Shown one piece after another: positions 19,323 through 27,322 of a stretch of DNA of 51,133 nt (position 1 is the stretch's first letter; every line of letters begins with the position of its first letter). The position numbers and the translations under genes were made by a program. Under the pieces are notes generated by a model. That model was given only the letters and a program-made list of their open reading frames with translations, was not told the origin of the DNA and made no database searches. The stretch comes from Anaerovoracaceae bacterium (lineage in GTDB: Bacteria; Bacillota; Clostridia; Peptostreptococcales; Anaerovoracaceae), in the NCBI GenBank assembly GCA_045541015.1, contig JAZQIH010000053.1:1-51133 (forward strand), in the 5' to 3' direction.

Positions 19323-20018
19323 TTAGTTGCTGGATGTGGGCATATACGGGATCAGCAGCTGAGCAAGGCTTGCAATGTTCCTTGTCTGGATAAGAACTTT
19401 GCCGTTTCCGTGGAACTCGTTAACAAGGCCTTCTCCGGACTTGAAGCCAATAACGCCGGAAGCCGGGTGGATGTTGTAATCCAGGGTGGCATCCCAGGCC
19501 ACTACATGATGGTTATCTATTATAAGAGGCCTGTCAGGTGTAATATCCAGCTCTATAAGAGCGCCGAAAGCGTTTACCAGAAGGTCTCCCTGTCCTGTGG
19601 TCTCCATGATAAAGAAGCCGCCTGTTCCGCCAAAGAGCGCCTTGCCGAAGCTCTGCGACCTTACCTCATAAGATACGCTGCTGTCGCATGCAAGGAACGC
19701 GCCTGTGTTGAGCCTATACTGCCTGGAGCCTACTTCGAGCTTTGCAACCATTCCGGGGGTTGCCGGTGCAACTGCAATGCGGGCACCGCTTGCGTTGCCT
19801 GTAGCTGTGGTGATAAATACGCCTTCACCTGTAGCTACAGACCTTGCCACAGCTTTGAAAAAGCCGCCGATCCCGCCTCTGTCAGAATTGGACTTGCCCT
19901 CAAGAGCAACATCCTGCATGTATACCATGGCACCGCTCTCTATCCTTACCTGCTCTCCCCCTGCAAGTGATATCTCAACGATAGGGTTATCTGCGTCTCC
20001 GAAAATCTGATAATTCAT
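19323..20018 (-). CDS. AIM24 / TIGR00266 family protein
   Basis: MNYQIFGDADNPIVEISLAGGEQVRIESGAMVYM is the typical N-terminus of the DUF124/AIM24 family. A ggagg RBS is present. Confidence 0.7.
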   Translation of the reverse strand: MNYQIFGDADNPIVEISLAGGEQVRIESGAMVYMQDVALEGKSNSDRGGIGGFFKAVARSVATGEGVFITTATGNASGARIAVAPATPGMVAKLEVGSRQYRLNTGAFLACDSSVSYEVRSQSFGKALFGGTGGFFIMETTGQGDLLVNAFGALIELDITPDRPLIIDNHHVVAWDATLDYNIHPASGVIGFKSGEGLVNEFHGNGKVLIQTRNIASLAQLLIPYMPTSSN

Positions 20019-20144
20019 TGTTGATCCTCCTTTTGCGAGTGATTGGATTACTCACATATTTTATCATAATACATGATCCTTCGGGGGCATTTCTTACGGC
20101 GTATTACAAAAATAATAATATACGGACCCTGAGTAACTTAAAGA

Positions 20145-20672
20145 TCAGTACGATTCAGCTGTATAGGTAATGCTATGCGTCTTTTCATTCACAACGACCC
20201 ATGCGAGCTTTGCATGGTTAAAATCGTTTGGTTTATAAGGTTCACTGCACAGCACATAGACTGAATCATCGTTGCTTAAAGAAGAAAAAATGTAGGATGG
20301 CAAAGCCTCAGCGACCTGGCTGTTATCCTTTGTTCCAAAGCAGAGTGCTGTTGCCTTGGCCTTGTCGATACATGCCTGGATCTCTGAATCATCGGCAATA
20401 AAGCTCAATGTTAGAGCCCGGCCTCCGAAATTGTTGTAGGCTTTAAACGCTGCATCTTTTGCGTTGGCCGGGATCTTCTTCGGAAAGCACTCGGTAACGC
20501 CATGCATATCATCTACCAGGCGCAGGCACTTGCTGTAGTTTGTCTTATCGGTCGTTTCATATTCCAACTTGAAGAACCAGGGATTCTCAATTAAAAATAT
20601 GATGCAAGCGATGACCGCCACCGCGATCACAGCCAGGATTATCGCAGATCTTTTCTTTTTACCCAGTCCCAT
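20145..20672 (-). CDS. hypothetical membrane-anchored protein
   Basis: A basic N-terminus plus a single TM (AIILAVIAVAVIACIIFLI) is followed by a soluble domain. This is the first gene after the drop in GC. Confidence 0.5.
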   Translation of the reverse strand: MGLGKKKRSAIILAVIAVAVIACIIFLIENPWFFKLEYETTDKTNYSKCLRLVDDMHGVTECFPKKIPANAKDAAFKAYNNFGGRALTLSFIADDSEIQACIDKAKATALCFGTKDNSQVAEALPSYIFSSLSNDDSVYVLCSEPYKPNDFNHAKLAWVVVNEKTHSITYTAESY

Positions 20673-20836
20673 TTAAATACTCCCAGTTGTTTATTTGTAT
20701 GATCAGTATGGTTTAATTATACATCAGAGTCCATCAAAGAGCATTTGCTTTCTTAAAATATACCGCGCAAAGATTCTTTGCATTGGCAAAAGTATATGTG
20801 CTTATGATACAATTAAAAAGAGGAGATGGTTTTATA

Positions 20837-20953
20837 ATGGTAAAAACTAAAGGACGCACATCAAAACTTGTATTGTTTGTGTTAATTGGTACCCTGTTGT
20901 CTGCTGCAGCCTGCGGAAAGGCAAGTGATCTGGCGATCGATCCCGGGATCTAA
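20837..20953 (+). CDS. 38-aa lipoprotein-signal-peptide-only ORF (possible remnant or micro-lipoprotein)
   Basis: aggag RBS, MVKTKGRTSKLVLFVLIGTLLSAAAC-GKASDLAIDPGI stop. It has a lipobox but only a 12-aa mature part. It is not in the ORF track because it is under 60 aa. Confidence 0.25.
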   Translation: MVKTKGRTSKLVLFVLIGTLLSAAACGKASDLAIDPGI

Positions 20954-20973
20954 TTTAAAAAACATAATAAAAA

Positions 20974-21654
20974 ATGATGAAAGCTATCTTATCGAAAAAA
21001 ACAGCACTTATCGCTGCCGCTGCAGTCATCATTATAATTACTGCAGTTTTTATTGGGCCATGGAGATCTGGATCAACTGGAACGGCGAACAACATTTCAG
21101 AAGTCAAAGCGATATCTGAAAAGAGCTCCGTTTCGATGTCCAGAAGCACATTTATGAAAGAAATCCCGGCAGGATGTTATACAAAGGAACTGTCTGAAGA
21201 AGATCTGAAGGCCTTCTTCGGCGGAAAAGCCATCTCTGAACTGGCACCTTTTGCTGCAGGTTCTGAAAAACTATACCGTGCTTACTATAACAGTGACGGA
21301 TCTGTTTTAGGCCTGCATCTCTCATGGACATATAATGGCGGCAGTCTGTTTATTTCTTTCGAAAGAGGCTCGAAAGTTCCGACAAACCCTATGGGCATAG
21401 TAAAGCCTTCATATAAGCCCACCATAGTAAACGGATTCACGGTTTATCTCTGCAGATGGATCATGCCGGACAGACAAGGCAATGATTACATTGTGACACC
21501 TAATGAATACGATCTGCTTATGTGCGATGGCGAGGTGTTGATACACAGCTTTTGTTTTGACAGCGTATTGAACGAAATGCTTGATTTCTGCGACAGACTC
21601 ACACAGACCAGTCTCGATTTGGATGCGCTGAGAGATATGGATGCGCGGGAATAG
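20974..21654 (+). CDS. hypothetical membrane-anchored protein
   Basis: An N-terminal TM (ALIAAAAVIIIITAVFI) is followed by a soluble domain of about 190 aa. I recognise no motif. Confidence 0.5.
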   Translation: MMKAILSKKTALIAAAAVIIIITAVFIGPWRSGSTGTANNISEVKAISEKSSVSMSRSTFMKEIPAGCYTKELSEEDLKAFFGGKAISELAPFAAGSEKLYRAYYNSDGSVLGLHLSWTYNGGSLFISFERGSKVPTNPMGIVKPSYKPTIVNGFTVYLCRWIMPDRQGNDYIVTPNEYDLLMCDGEVLIHSFCFDSVLNEMLDFCDRLTQTSLDLDALRDMDARE

Positions 21655-21723
21655 TAGTACAGTGGATCAGACACCATTGATTCTCGAATTCTGATATCAC
21701 AGATCCATTTGATCGGATCAGTA

Positions 21724-22650
21724 TCAAAGCTGAAGTAATGCCTTTTCCAGGAGAAAAGCCTTAATTTTGTTTTCACTATCAGGTTTACCGTCATAGTATT
21801 CAATTAGAAGCTTTTTATATTCGCTGACCATTTCTGCAGGGATCACGATCAGACCTTTTCCGCTGCTTATTAGAATGTGATTGGCGAATATCACGGCAGT
21901 CCGCTTGTTTCCGTCCAGGAAGAGCTGCTTCTTCATAACATAGATCAGGGCAGAAACGGCGCGGTCGATGCAGTCGTTTTTTTTCAGAATGTCAGTAAGT
22001 TGTTCCTGTACCTGGCTTTCTATAGGAAGAGGCGGTATATAGGTCGATCCGCCTATGGTGACCGGGACACTTCTGAGTTTTCCTGCGGTCACGGAAAATC
22101 CTGCTTCAACCAGAGAGTTGATCTGGCAGAGCAGAGAATAGTTGGACGGATACTGAAGAACGCCCTTGTTCAGGATAAACTCCCAGGCATGCTTCAGGTT
22201 GACGACCTTGCTGATGTCGTCCGCGCTCATGCCGCTGACCTTCCCGCCGTTAACGATGGTCTCTGTATCCGAGTAAGTTGTAGCAACACCTTCCAGCATT
22301 GCCTGTTTGTAAATAGAATCCACGAGGTTCCTGTATGCAAGCGCACGGTTCAGTTCAACTGCCTCCGAAAGCTCTGTTTCCACATAATTCGTCTCTTTAA
22401 GCTGCTTGTTTATGGATCTGAGCCGCTTTTTCAGGTCCCTTGCAAGGATATTGTTTTCGAGGATCAGGTTATAAAGCTCGTTGGAGTATTCGCCGGCGTA
22501 TTTTGTGACAGGTACACCGTCGCTTCTGAAATGTGTATAAATGTACTTGCCGGAGCTTTTTTCGCGTATTTCTATCGATCCGTGCAGGAGTTTTTCAAGG
22601 CGTTTTGTGATCTGCGCTTTTTCTTCTATAAGTGTAGCAATGGTGTCCAT
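21724..22650 (-). CDS. Fic/Doc family protein with non-canonical active-site motif
   Basis: Fic-fold blocks (GKLRSVPVTIGGSTYIPPLP) are present. The core motif reads QLFLDGNKRTAV instead of HxFxDGNGRxxR or Doc HxFxD(A/G)NKR. The start is set at MDTIATL, 7 nt after ggagg. Confidence 0.65.
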   Translation of the reverse strand: MDTIATLIEEKAQITKRLEKLLHGSIEIREKSSGKYIYTHFRSDGVPVTKYAGEYSNELYNLILENNILARDLKKRLRSINKQLKETNYVETELSEAVELNRALAYRNLVDSIYKQAMLEGVATTYSDTETIVNGGKVSGMSADDISKVVNLKHAWEFILNKGVLQYPSNYSLLCQINSLVEAGFSVTAGKLRSVPVTIGGSTYIPPLPIESQVQEQLTDILKKNDCIDRAVSALIYVMKKQLFLDGNKRTAVIFANHILISSGKGLIVIPAEMVSEYKKLLIEYYDGKPDSENKIKAFLLEKALLQL

Positions 22651-22664
22651 CGGATGACCTCCAG

Positions 22665-22747
22665 TGTGAAACAAAGGCATTATTCTCGTTTCACATTATA
22701 CACCATTATTCGAAAATGTGAAACAATTTTTATAAAAAAGATTCACA
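22665..22747. promoter_or_regulatory. four alternating TGTGAAAC / G(T/A)TTCACA half-sites (two TGTGAAAC-N15-GxTTCACA units) over the Fic/Doc promoter
   Basis: Half-sites lie at 22665-22672, 22688-22695, 22717-22724 and 22740-22747. A minus-strand TATAAT (22695-22700) sits between them. Confidence 0.55.
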
Positions 22748-22867
22748 TTGCGCCTGATGTAAACTGTGTTCCGATAAGAAAAACCACGTTTCTGCAAATA
22801 AACGCGGTCCCTGTTGGTGGACCAAGCCGATCTGTAGACGAACCCTGATTAGTTTATCAACTTGTTT

Positions 22868-23536
22868 TTAAACTTCATAATGTGCGTGTATTTTAAAGTG
22901 ATTTTTTCTGACGGTGATCAGGCCGTCCCGCTGCATTTTTCCAAGCTCCTTTGAAAGTGCGCTTCGCTCCAGGTTAAGGTAATCGGCCAGCTGCTGGCGG
23001 TCAAACGGGATGTCAAACTCATAGCTGCTTTTTTGAAGCGAAACAGTGTTCAGGTACGACATGACCCTGCCCCTGATCGTCTTTGGCGCGGTGTGAAAAC
23101 TTCTTCCTGAAAGCGTCAGATTCTTATGCGCGGAAATGCTTAAGAGATTAGACATGAAGGTCATGCCCCAGGGGCCGGTCGGATCTGAGATCCGCTGCAG
23201 ACTGCCGATCTGCAAAAAGAGGATGCGGCAGTTTTCATTTGCAACAACATCCACAAGCATGGGTTCATTGGGAAGGTACGCATAGGTCTCCGCAAAAAAC
23301 TGACCTTTTCCAATGTGGCTCAGGATCGTTCGGTTTCCCCAAACGTCATTGTTTTCTATCGTAACACTGCCTTCAAGCACCAGGCCCATGCGGTCCGTCT
23401 GAGAACCGGCGTGAAGTATTACCGCAGCTTTCTTATAGCTTTTTTCTTCTGCATGAAAAAAGGCAAGGGCAGCTGAGATCTCCTCAGGTGTCAGGCCACG
23501 AAACAGTATGGATCTCTGCAGGATCTCTGTATTCAT
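22868..23536 (-). CDS. Crp/Fnr family transcriptional regulator
   Basis: cNMP-binding-like N-terminal domain (LFRGLTPEEI...) and C-terminal HTH (RQQLADYLNLERSALSKELGKMQRDGLI). The start is set at MNTEIL, after gaggtg. Confidence 0.85.
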   Translation of the reverse strand: MNTEILQRSILFRGLTPEEISAALAFFHAEEKSYKKAAVILHAGSQTDRMGLVLEGSVTIENNDVWGNRTILSHIGKGQFFAETYAYLPNEPMLVDVVANENCRILFLQIGSLQRISDPTGPWGMTFMSNLLSISAHKNLTLSGRSFHTAPKTIRGRVMSYLNTVSLQKSSYEFDIPFDRQQLADYLNLERSALSKELGKMQRDGLITVRKNHFKIHAHYEV

Positions 23537-23559
23537 AAACACCTCGGTATTTTTCAAAA

Positions 23560-23603
23560 ATGTGGTTATAACCACATACTTATCTCAATCATCATACTAT
23601 AAT
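23560..23603 (+). promoter_or_regulatory. CRP/FNR-type palindrome aTGTGGTTATAACCACAt plus TATAAT -10 for the downstream operon
   Basis: The perfect 18-bp palindrome spans 23560-23577. TATAAT is at 23598-23603, so the palindrome centre lies about 41 bp upstream of the inferred start site, a class II activator geometry. Confidence 0.6.
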
Positions 23604-23630
23604 GCAGACAGAAAGGCAAGGTGAAAGACC

Positions 23631-23906
23631 ATGAGCAATACGATAATGGAAGGCTGTCAGGGGAAGCCTCAGCTGCAGATATTTGAAAAGACCTGCCCTA
23701 ACTGCGGCGCCGAGATCGAGATCTTTTCCATAGATACTCAGGCGACGTGCGAAAAATGCGGGTTCACTGTTTATAACGATACTTTAAACTGCGTACAGTG
23801 GTGCAAATATGCCAGACAGTGCGTAGGTGACAAGATGTATGAGCAGATGATGAAAATAGCGGAAAGACAGAAAGCTGCAAAGGCTTCGAAAGGAGAGCAG
23901 AAATGA
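23631..23906 (+). CDS. small Cys-rich zinc-ribbon protein
   Basis: CPNCG...CEKCG zinc ribbon plus CVQWCKYARQC. The stop overlaps the next start (ATGA). Confidence 0.6.
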   Translation: MSNTIMEGCQGKPQLQIFEKTCPNCGAEIEIFSIDTQATCEKCGFTVYNDTLNCVQWCKYARQCVGDKMYEQMMKIAERQKAAKASKGEQK

Positions 23907-24526
23907 AACGTAAGATAATCAAGATAGACGAAGAAAAGTGCAATGGCTGCGGACTGTGCGCAGAGGCTTGCCACGAAGGTGCTATCGATATCGTAGACGG
24001 CAAGGCAAAACTGATGCGTGAGGATTTCTGCGATGGATTCGGCGACTGTCTGCCGAACTGTCCGACCGGTGCAATATCTTTTGAAGAGCGGGAGGCTCCA
24101 GCGTACGATGAAACAGCTGTAAAAGAAGCGAAGAGATCTCCTGTAAGTGCGGTAAAGCCAACTTCCCGCCTGGCGCAGTGGCCCTGCCAGATCAAGCTGG
24201 TGCCGACGCAGGCTCCCTTCTTTGACGGAGCTAAGCTTCTGATCGCAGCGGACTGCACGGCATATGCTTATGCAAATATGCACGAGGACTTCATGAAAGG
24301 CAAAGTCACTATCATAGGATGCCCGAAGCTGGATGGTGTGGATTATACAGATAAGCTGACAGAGATCATTCGCAATAACGATATCAAAAGCGTGACGATA
24401 GTGCGCATGGAGGTTCCGTGCTGCGGCGGACTTCAGCGAGCTGCTGAGAATGCGCTTAAAAACAGCGGAAAATTCATTCCCTGGCAGGTGGTGACCATCT
24501 CCAGGGATGGTAAGATACTTGACTAA
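23903..24526 (+). CDS. 4Fe-4S dicluster domain-containing protein
   Basis: CNGCGLCAEAC and CDGFGDCLPNCP ferredoxin motifs, plus a C-terminal domain with further conserved Cys (AADCTAY, GCPKLD, VPCCGG). Confidence 0.8.
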   Translation: MKRKIIKIDEEKCNGCGLCAEACHEGAIDIVDGKAKLMREDFCDGFGDCLPNCPTGAISFEEREAPAYDETAVKEAKRSPVSAVKPTSRLAQWPCQIKLVPTQAPFFDGAKLLIAADCTAYAYANMHEDFMKGKVTIIGCPKLDGVDYTDKLTEIIRNNDIKSVTIVRMEVPCCGGLQRAAENALKNSGKFIPWQVVTISRDGKILD

Positions 24527-24539
24527 GGAGGATCAGGCA

Positions 24540-25223
24540 ATGAGTTATCAGGAATGGAAAGAAAAGACGACTGGGTTTAAAAAGGTAGATGTCAGGGGCA
24601 TACAGGGAAACTTCTTTCAGGGGCTGAAAAAACAGGCCATGCAGCTTCCCGCCGGAAGCGGTCTGGAGATAGTGCAGAGCTTCGATCCGATCCCGCTGTA
24701 CGAGGTGATGGAAGACCTGGGTTTTGAGCATTATACTGAACAGAAGGGTGAGTCCGAGTTCCATGCTTATTTCTACCGCACAGAGGTAAAACATGAGGAA
24801 AAGGACATTCCTATGCGTCCGGCAGCGCTTACCAACATGCCATTGATCGATGAGAAGCTGGGGAATATCGCAGTGAATTTCTGGGACCTTACCTGGAATG
24901 ATAAGCACAGGCACCTGCCTTACGAGATAAGACTGCTTCTTTCCCTCACCAATGCTGTCGGGGCGGGGCGCATGCGCCAGGCAACGCGCGAGCTGGTGAA
25001 AGCTTACATACACGGGCTGGACAGCGCAGCGCTGGATGACGTGTTTGAGCTTCTTGCCTGGAATCAGGGCATAGGGTATTTCAGCTCCGAGATCGGTCCG
25101 TCCACTCTGTTTGCTGCTTATAAGACGATCAAAAATATGGAAAGGCAGGGAAAGGACCGCGGAGAGATCTGCGAAGCTCTTAAGGAAAAGTTCGGAGAAA
25201 AGAACCCGGACGTGAAGGTATAA
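24540..25223 (+). CDS. DUF2249-like / AhpD-like (carboxymuconolactone decarboxylase family) fusion protein
   Basis: aaggagg RBS. The N-terminal small alpha/beta domain (LEIVQSFDPIPLY) resembles DUF2249. The C-terminal helical part (IRLLLSLTNAVGAGRMRQATRE) resembles the AhpD/CMD fold. This is from memory. Confidence 0.5.
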   Translation: MSYQEWKEKTTGFKKVDVRGIQGNFFQGLKKQAMQLPAGSGLEIVQSFDPIPLYEVMEDLGFEHYTEQKGESEFHAYFYRTEVKHEEKDIPMRPAALTNMPLIDEKLGNIAVNFWDLTWNDKHRHLPYEIRLLLSLTNAVGAGRMRQATRELVKAYIHGLDSAALDDVFELLAWNQGIGYFSSEIGPSTLFAAYKTIKNMERQGKDRGEICEALKEKFGEKNPDVKV

Positions 25224-25412
25224 GACAGAACACCATGATGTGACATTTTACACGCAAAGCAAATCCTCCAAACGGATTTGCCCGGAAGGCTTATTCCACC
25301 AGAAGTAGAATTTTCTCAATTTTCTCGTTATTTACGAATTGCTCCTCTTACAGTATCATGTAAATGCGGGCCGCAAAATCGCAGGAATGATGAACAGCAA
25401 AGGAGCAAAATC

Positions 25413-25955
25413 ATGGATACATTAAAAATCGGACGGTATATCCAGCATTTACGGAAGGTTGCCGGCATGACGCAGAAAGAACTGGCAGAGAAGTTGAATA
25501 TCTCTTTCCAGGCCGTCTCAAAATGGGAGAACGGGGATACGCTTCCCGATACCGGGATCCTTCTCGATTTGTGCGACATACTGAATACAACGGCAGATAA
25601 GCTGCTCAACGGAGGAAGTCTCGCGCCAGTCGAGCGCAGGCTCATGAAGCTTGAGGACGTTACGACCGGCTTTCAGTATATGGAAAGCATAGGAAAGCTT
25701 TTCGGCGAAGACTGCACCTTTTTCGTGGGAATGATCGAGGGGATCAACGAAAAAATGAATATCGACATTTTGACCTATCTGAAGGATCCTATGACCCGGG
25801 AGGTAATGTATGCGGAGGTGCTGATCCAGGGGATCCTTTCCGGGCGTACCGTAGATATGGACGAAATTGAAGCAAACTTCCAAAACGAAAAGATGGTGAA
25901 TGCAATTCGACGCTATATCGCCAAAGCAAGCGGGAATCCCGAGACAGCAGTATAG
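25413..25955 (+). CDS. XRE family transcriptional regulator with C-terminal domain
   Basis: HTH IQHLRKVAGMTQKELAEKLNISFQAVSKWENG. The start is at the ATG preceded by aggag. Confidence 0.8.
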   Translation: MDTLKIGRYIQHLRKVAGMTQKELAEKLNISFQAVSKWENGDTLPDTGILLDLCDILNTTADKLLNGGSLAPVERRLMKLEDVTTGFQYMESIGKLFGEDCTFFVGMIEGINEKMNIDILTYLKDPMTREVMYAEVLIQGILSGRTVDMDEIEANFQNEKMVNAIRRYIAKASGNPETAV

Positions 25956-25969
25956 ACCCTCTGAGAAAT

Positions 25970-26007
25970 CACCCCTCGTATGAATCCGGCGATTTATGCG
26001 AGGGGTG
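25970..26007 (+). terminator. hairpin downstream of the XRE gene
   Basis: cacccctcg ... cgaggggtg 9-bp stem with a large loop, followed by tatttc. Confidence 0.35.
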
Positions 26008-26018
26008 TATTTCGCTCT
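25991..26018. repeat. 28-mer repeat, copy 1 (27/28 identical to 30907-30934)
   Basis: gatttAtgcgaggggtgtatttcgctct here versus gatttGtgcgaggggtgtatttcgctct in the relaxase-proximal region. Confidence 0.9.
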
Positions 26019-26055
26019 TATGGCAGCAGACCTGCGAGAAATGCAGGAAAACAAC

Positions 26056-26091
26056 GTGTTTCAGAGATTTGGATAGACAAATCGGAATTTG
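26056..26091. repeat. imperfect direct repeat A (left)
   Basis: gtgtttcagagatttggatagacaaatcggaatttg aligns with 33522-33558 at about 28 of 37 columns. Confidence 0.5.
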
Positions 26092-26239
26092 AAAACCACG
26101 ATTTCATAAGTGGTTACTGCCCCTCATAGGGCTTTAATAAAATCCTCCAAAACGCTTGAAAACAAAGGATTTATCGCAATGTGTCCGCCTTATCCCTTTA
26201 TACGATTTCACTTGCGTTTATGCTTCCCTCGCCACCTCA

Positions 26240-26259
26240 TAAGGGCAAAAATAAGGGAA
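26240..26259. repeat. direct repeat B (left), candidate att core
   Basis: taagggcaaaaaTaagggaa here versus taagggcaaaaaCaagggaa at 33454-33473. Confidence 0.6.
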
Positions 26260-26346
26260 GAAAAATCTGATAACAAGCTATAAAAACAAGTGGCAATCGG
26301 GAAACTGTGACATATGTGCGAATATATTATACTGGAGGATTTCAAG

Positions 26347-26724
26347 ATGGACAAGTACATTTATGATGAAAACAACGGTCTTTGGTATGAACTGCAAGGC
26401 GAATACTATTTGCCGTGCCTTAGCTTGCCCCCCGAAGAAGAAAAGCCTATCGGGATATGGGGACAGCGGCACAAACGCTACCTGAAAGAACATAGAAAAG
26501 CAACCTACACAACACTTCTGACCAGCGGTAAGCTCAACACTTATCTTTCCGGCATCAACGAACAGGCGCAGGAACGCTTTGAACGGCTCATAGATGGCAT
26601 GAAGCAGGCACAGGGTATCACGGAACAATTAAAGGCGGAAAACGCCTTAGAATGGGTCAGGAGAATGAATAATATACGGGCTTGTGCGATGGAGATTGTG
26701 AATAAAGAAATCATCTTCGCATAG
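26347..26724 (+). CDS. tnpV: TnpV family transposon protein
   Basis: MDKYIYDENNGLWYELQGEYYLP...PIGIWGQRHKRYLKEHRK...LLTSGKLNTYL...EQLKAENALEWVRRMNNIR match TnpV of Tn4451-type elements as recalled. ggagg RBS is present. Confidence 0.8.
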   Translation: MDKYIYDENNGLWYELQGEYYLPCLSLPPEEEKPIGIWGQRHKRYLKEHRKATYTTLLTSGKLNTYLSGINEQAQERFERLIDGMKQAQGITEQLKAENALEWVRRMNNIRACAMEIVNKEIIFA

Positions 26725-26745
26725 CAGACTGGCGGTAACGCAAAG

Positions 26746-26785
26746 CGAGGGGTAAAGGTGTAAATGCCTTACCCCTCGTATTTTA
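26746..26785 (+). terminator. Rho-independent terminator after tnpV
   Basis: cgaggggtaaagg ... ccttacccctcg stem followed by tatttta. Confidence 0.65.
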
Positions 26786-26910
26786 TGACGAGAATATGGC
26801 TTAACACAAGGCATTTGTGGGTTAAAAGCGCTACAGTAGAGAGATTATGCTGAAAACATAGGGTTTGGCAATCCAAAAGCAAACTTTTTATGAATGTTGT
26901 CTGTTGCCTC

Positions 26911-26939
26911 TTGACTTATATCGGCAATCTATATATAAT
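26911..26939 (+). promoter_or_regulatory. sigma-70-type promoter of the padR cargo operon
   Basis: TTGACT, a 17-nt spacer, then TATAAT. An atcga-N11-tcgat inverted repeat immediately downstream is a possible PadR operator. Confidence 0.65.
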
Positions 26940-26974
26940 CGATATGTAGACTGTCGATACAAGGAGGGACATAT

Positions 26975-27322
26975 ATGGCAATTGATAAATCTCTGATTTC
27001 AGGGAATACAGATATGCTGATTTTGAAGCTGCTTGAAAAACAAGATATGTATGGGTATCAGATGATAGAAGAACTTGCGAAGCAATCCGACCATACTTTT
27101 GAATTGAAAGCAGGAACATTATATCCTCTGCTCCATCTCTTAGAGCAAAAGCAGTATCTTGTGTCCTATGACGGAGAAACTGTTGCGGGGAAAACAAGAA
27201 AATATTACAGGATTACAGATGAAGGGAAAAGATTTCTTGTGGTGCGGCTGTCTGAGTGGGAAAGCTACTCTGCCGCAGTCAATAAGGTTTTGTCGGGGGG
27301 TGTTTTGCTTGCAGGAATATAA
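26975..27322 (+). CDS. padR: PadR family transcriptional regulator
   Basis: GNTDMLILKLLEKQDMYGYQMIEEL...GTLYPLLHLLEQKQYL...RKYYRITDEGK. aaggaggg RBS is present. Confidence 0.9.
   Translation: MAIDKSLISGNTDMLILKLLEKQDMYGYQMIEELAKQSDHTFELKAGTLYPLLHLLEQKQYLVSYDGETVAGKTRKYYRITDEGKRFLVVRLSEWESYSAAVNKVLSGGVLLAGI

Noticed and set aside
1251-19970. Long ORFs antisense to confidently called genes in the GC-richer part (1251-2519 minus, 4291-5190 minus, 8976-9926 plus, 11293-12963 plus, 13197-14144 minus, 14205-14996 minus, 15643-16779 plus, 17400-18416 plus, 19314-19970 plus)
   Set aside because: Each lies fully opposite an ORF with clear family motifs (ACT/MBL hydrolase, fba, LVIVD propeller, reductase, CHI-like, HAD, acyl-CoA ligase, AIM24). 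Their translations are low-complexity and rich in V/A/G/L/H/R, which is typical of shadow frames in GC-rich DNA. They lack an RBS.
25278-25412. N-terminal extension of the XRE ORF, and similarly ATG 31319 for the element XRE, ATG 27159 for the SEDS-like gene, 5443 for the membrane protein and 22680 for Fic/Doc
   Set aside because: The upstream starts lack an RBS and either overlap a promoter (31319 lies inside the TTGCAA-17-TATAAT promoter) or the preceding gene (27159 is inside padR). Internal starts have good Shine-Dalgarno spacing.
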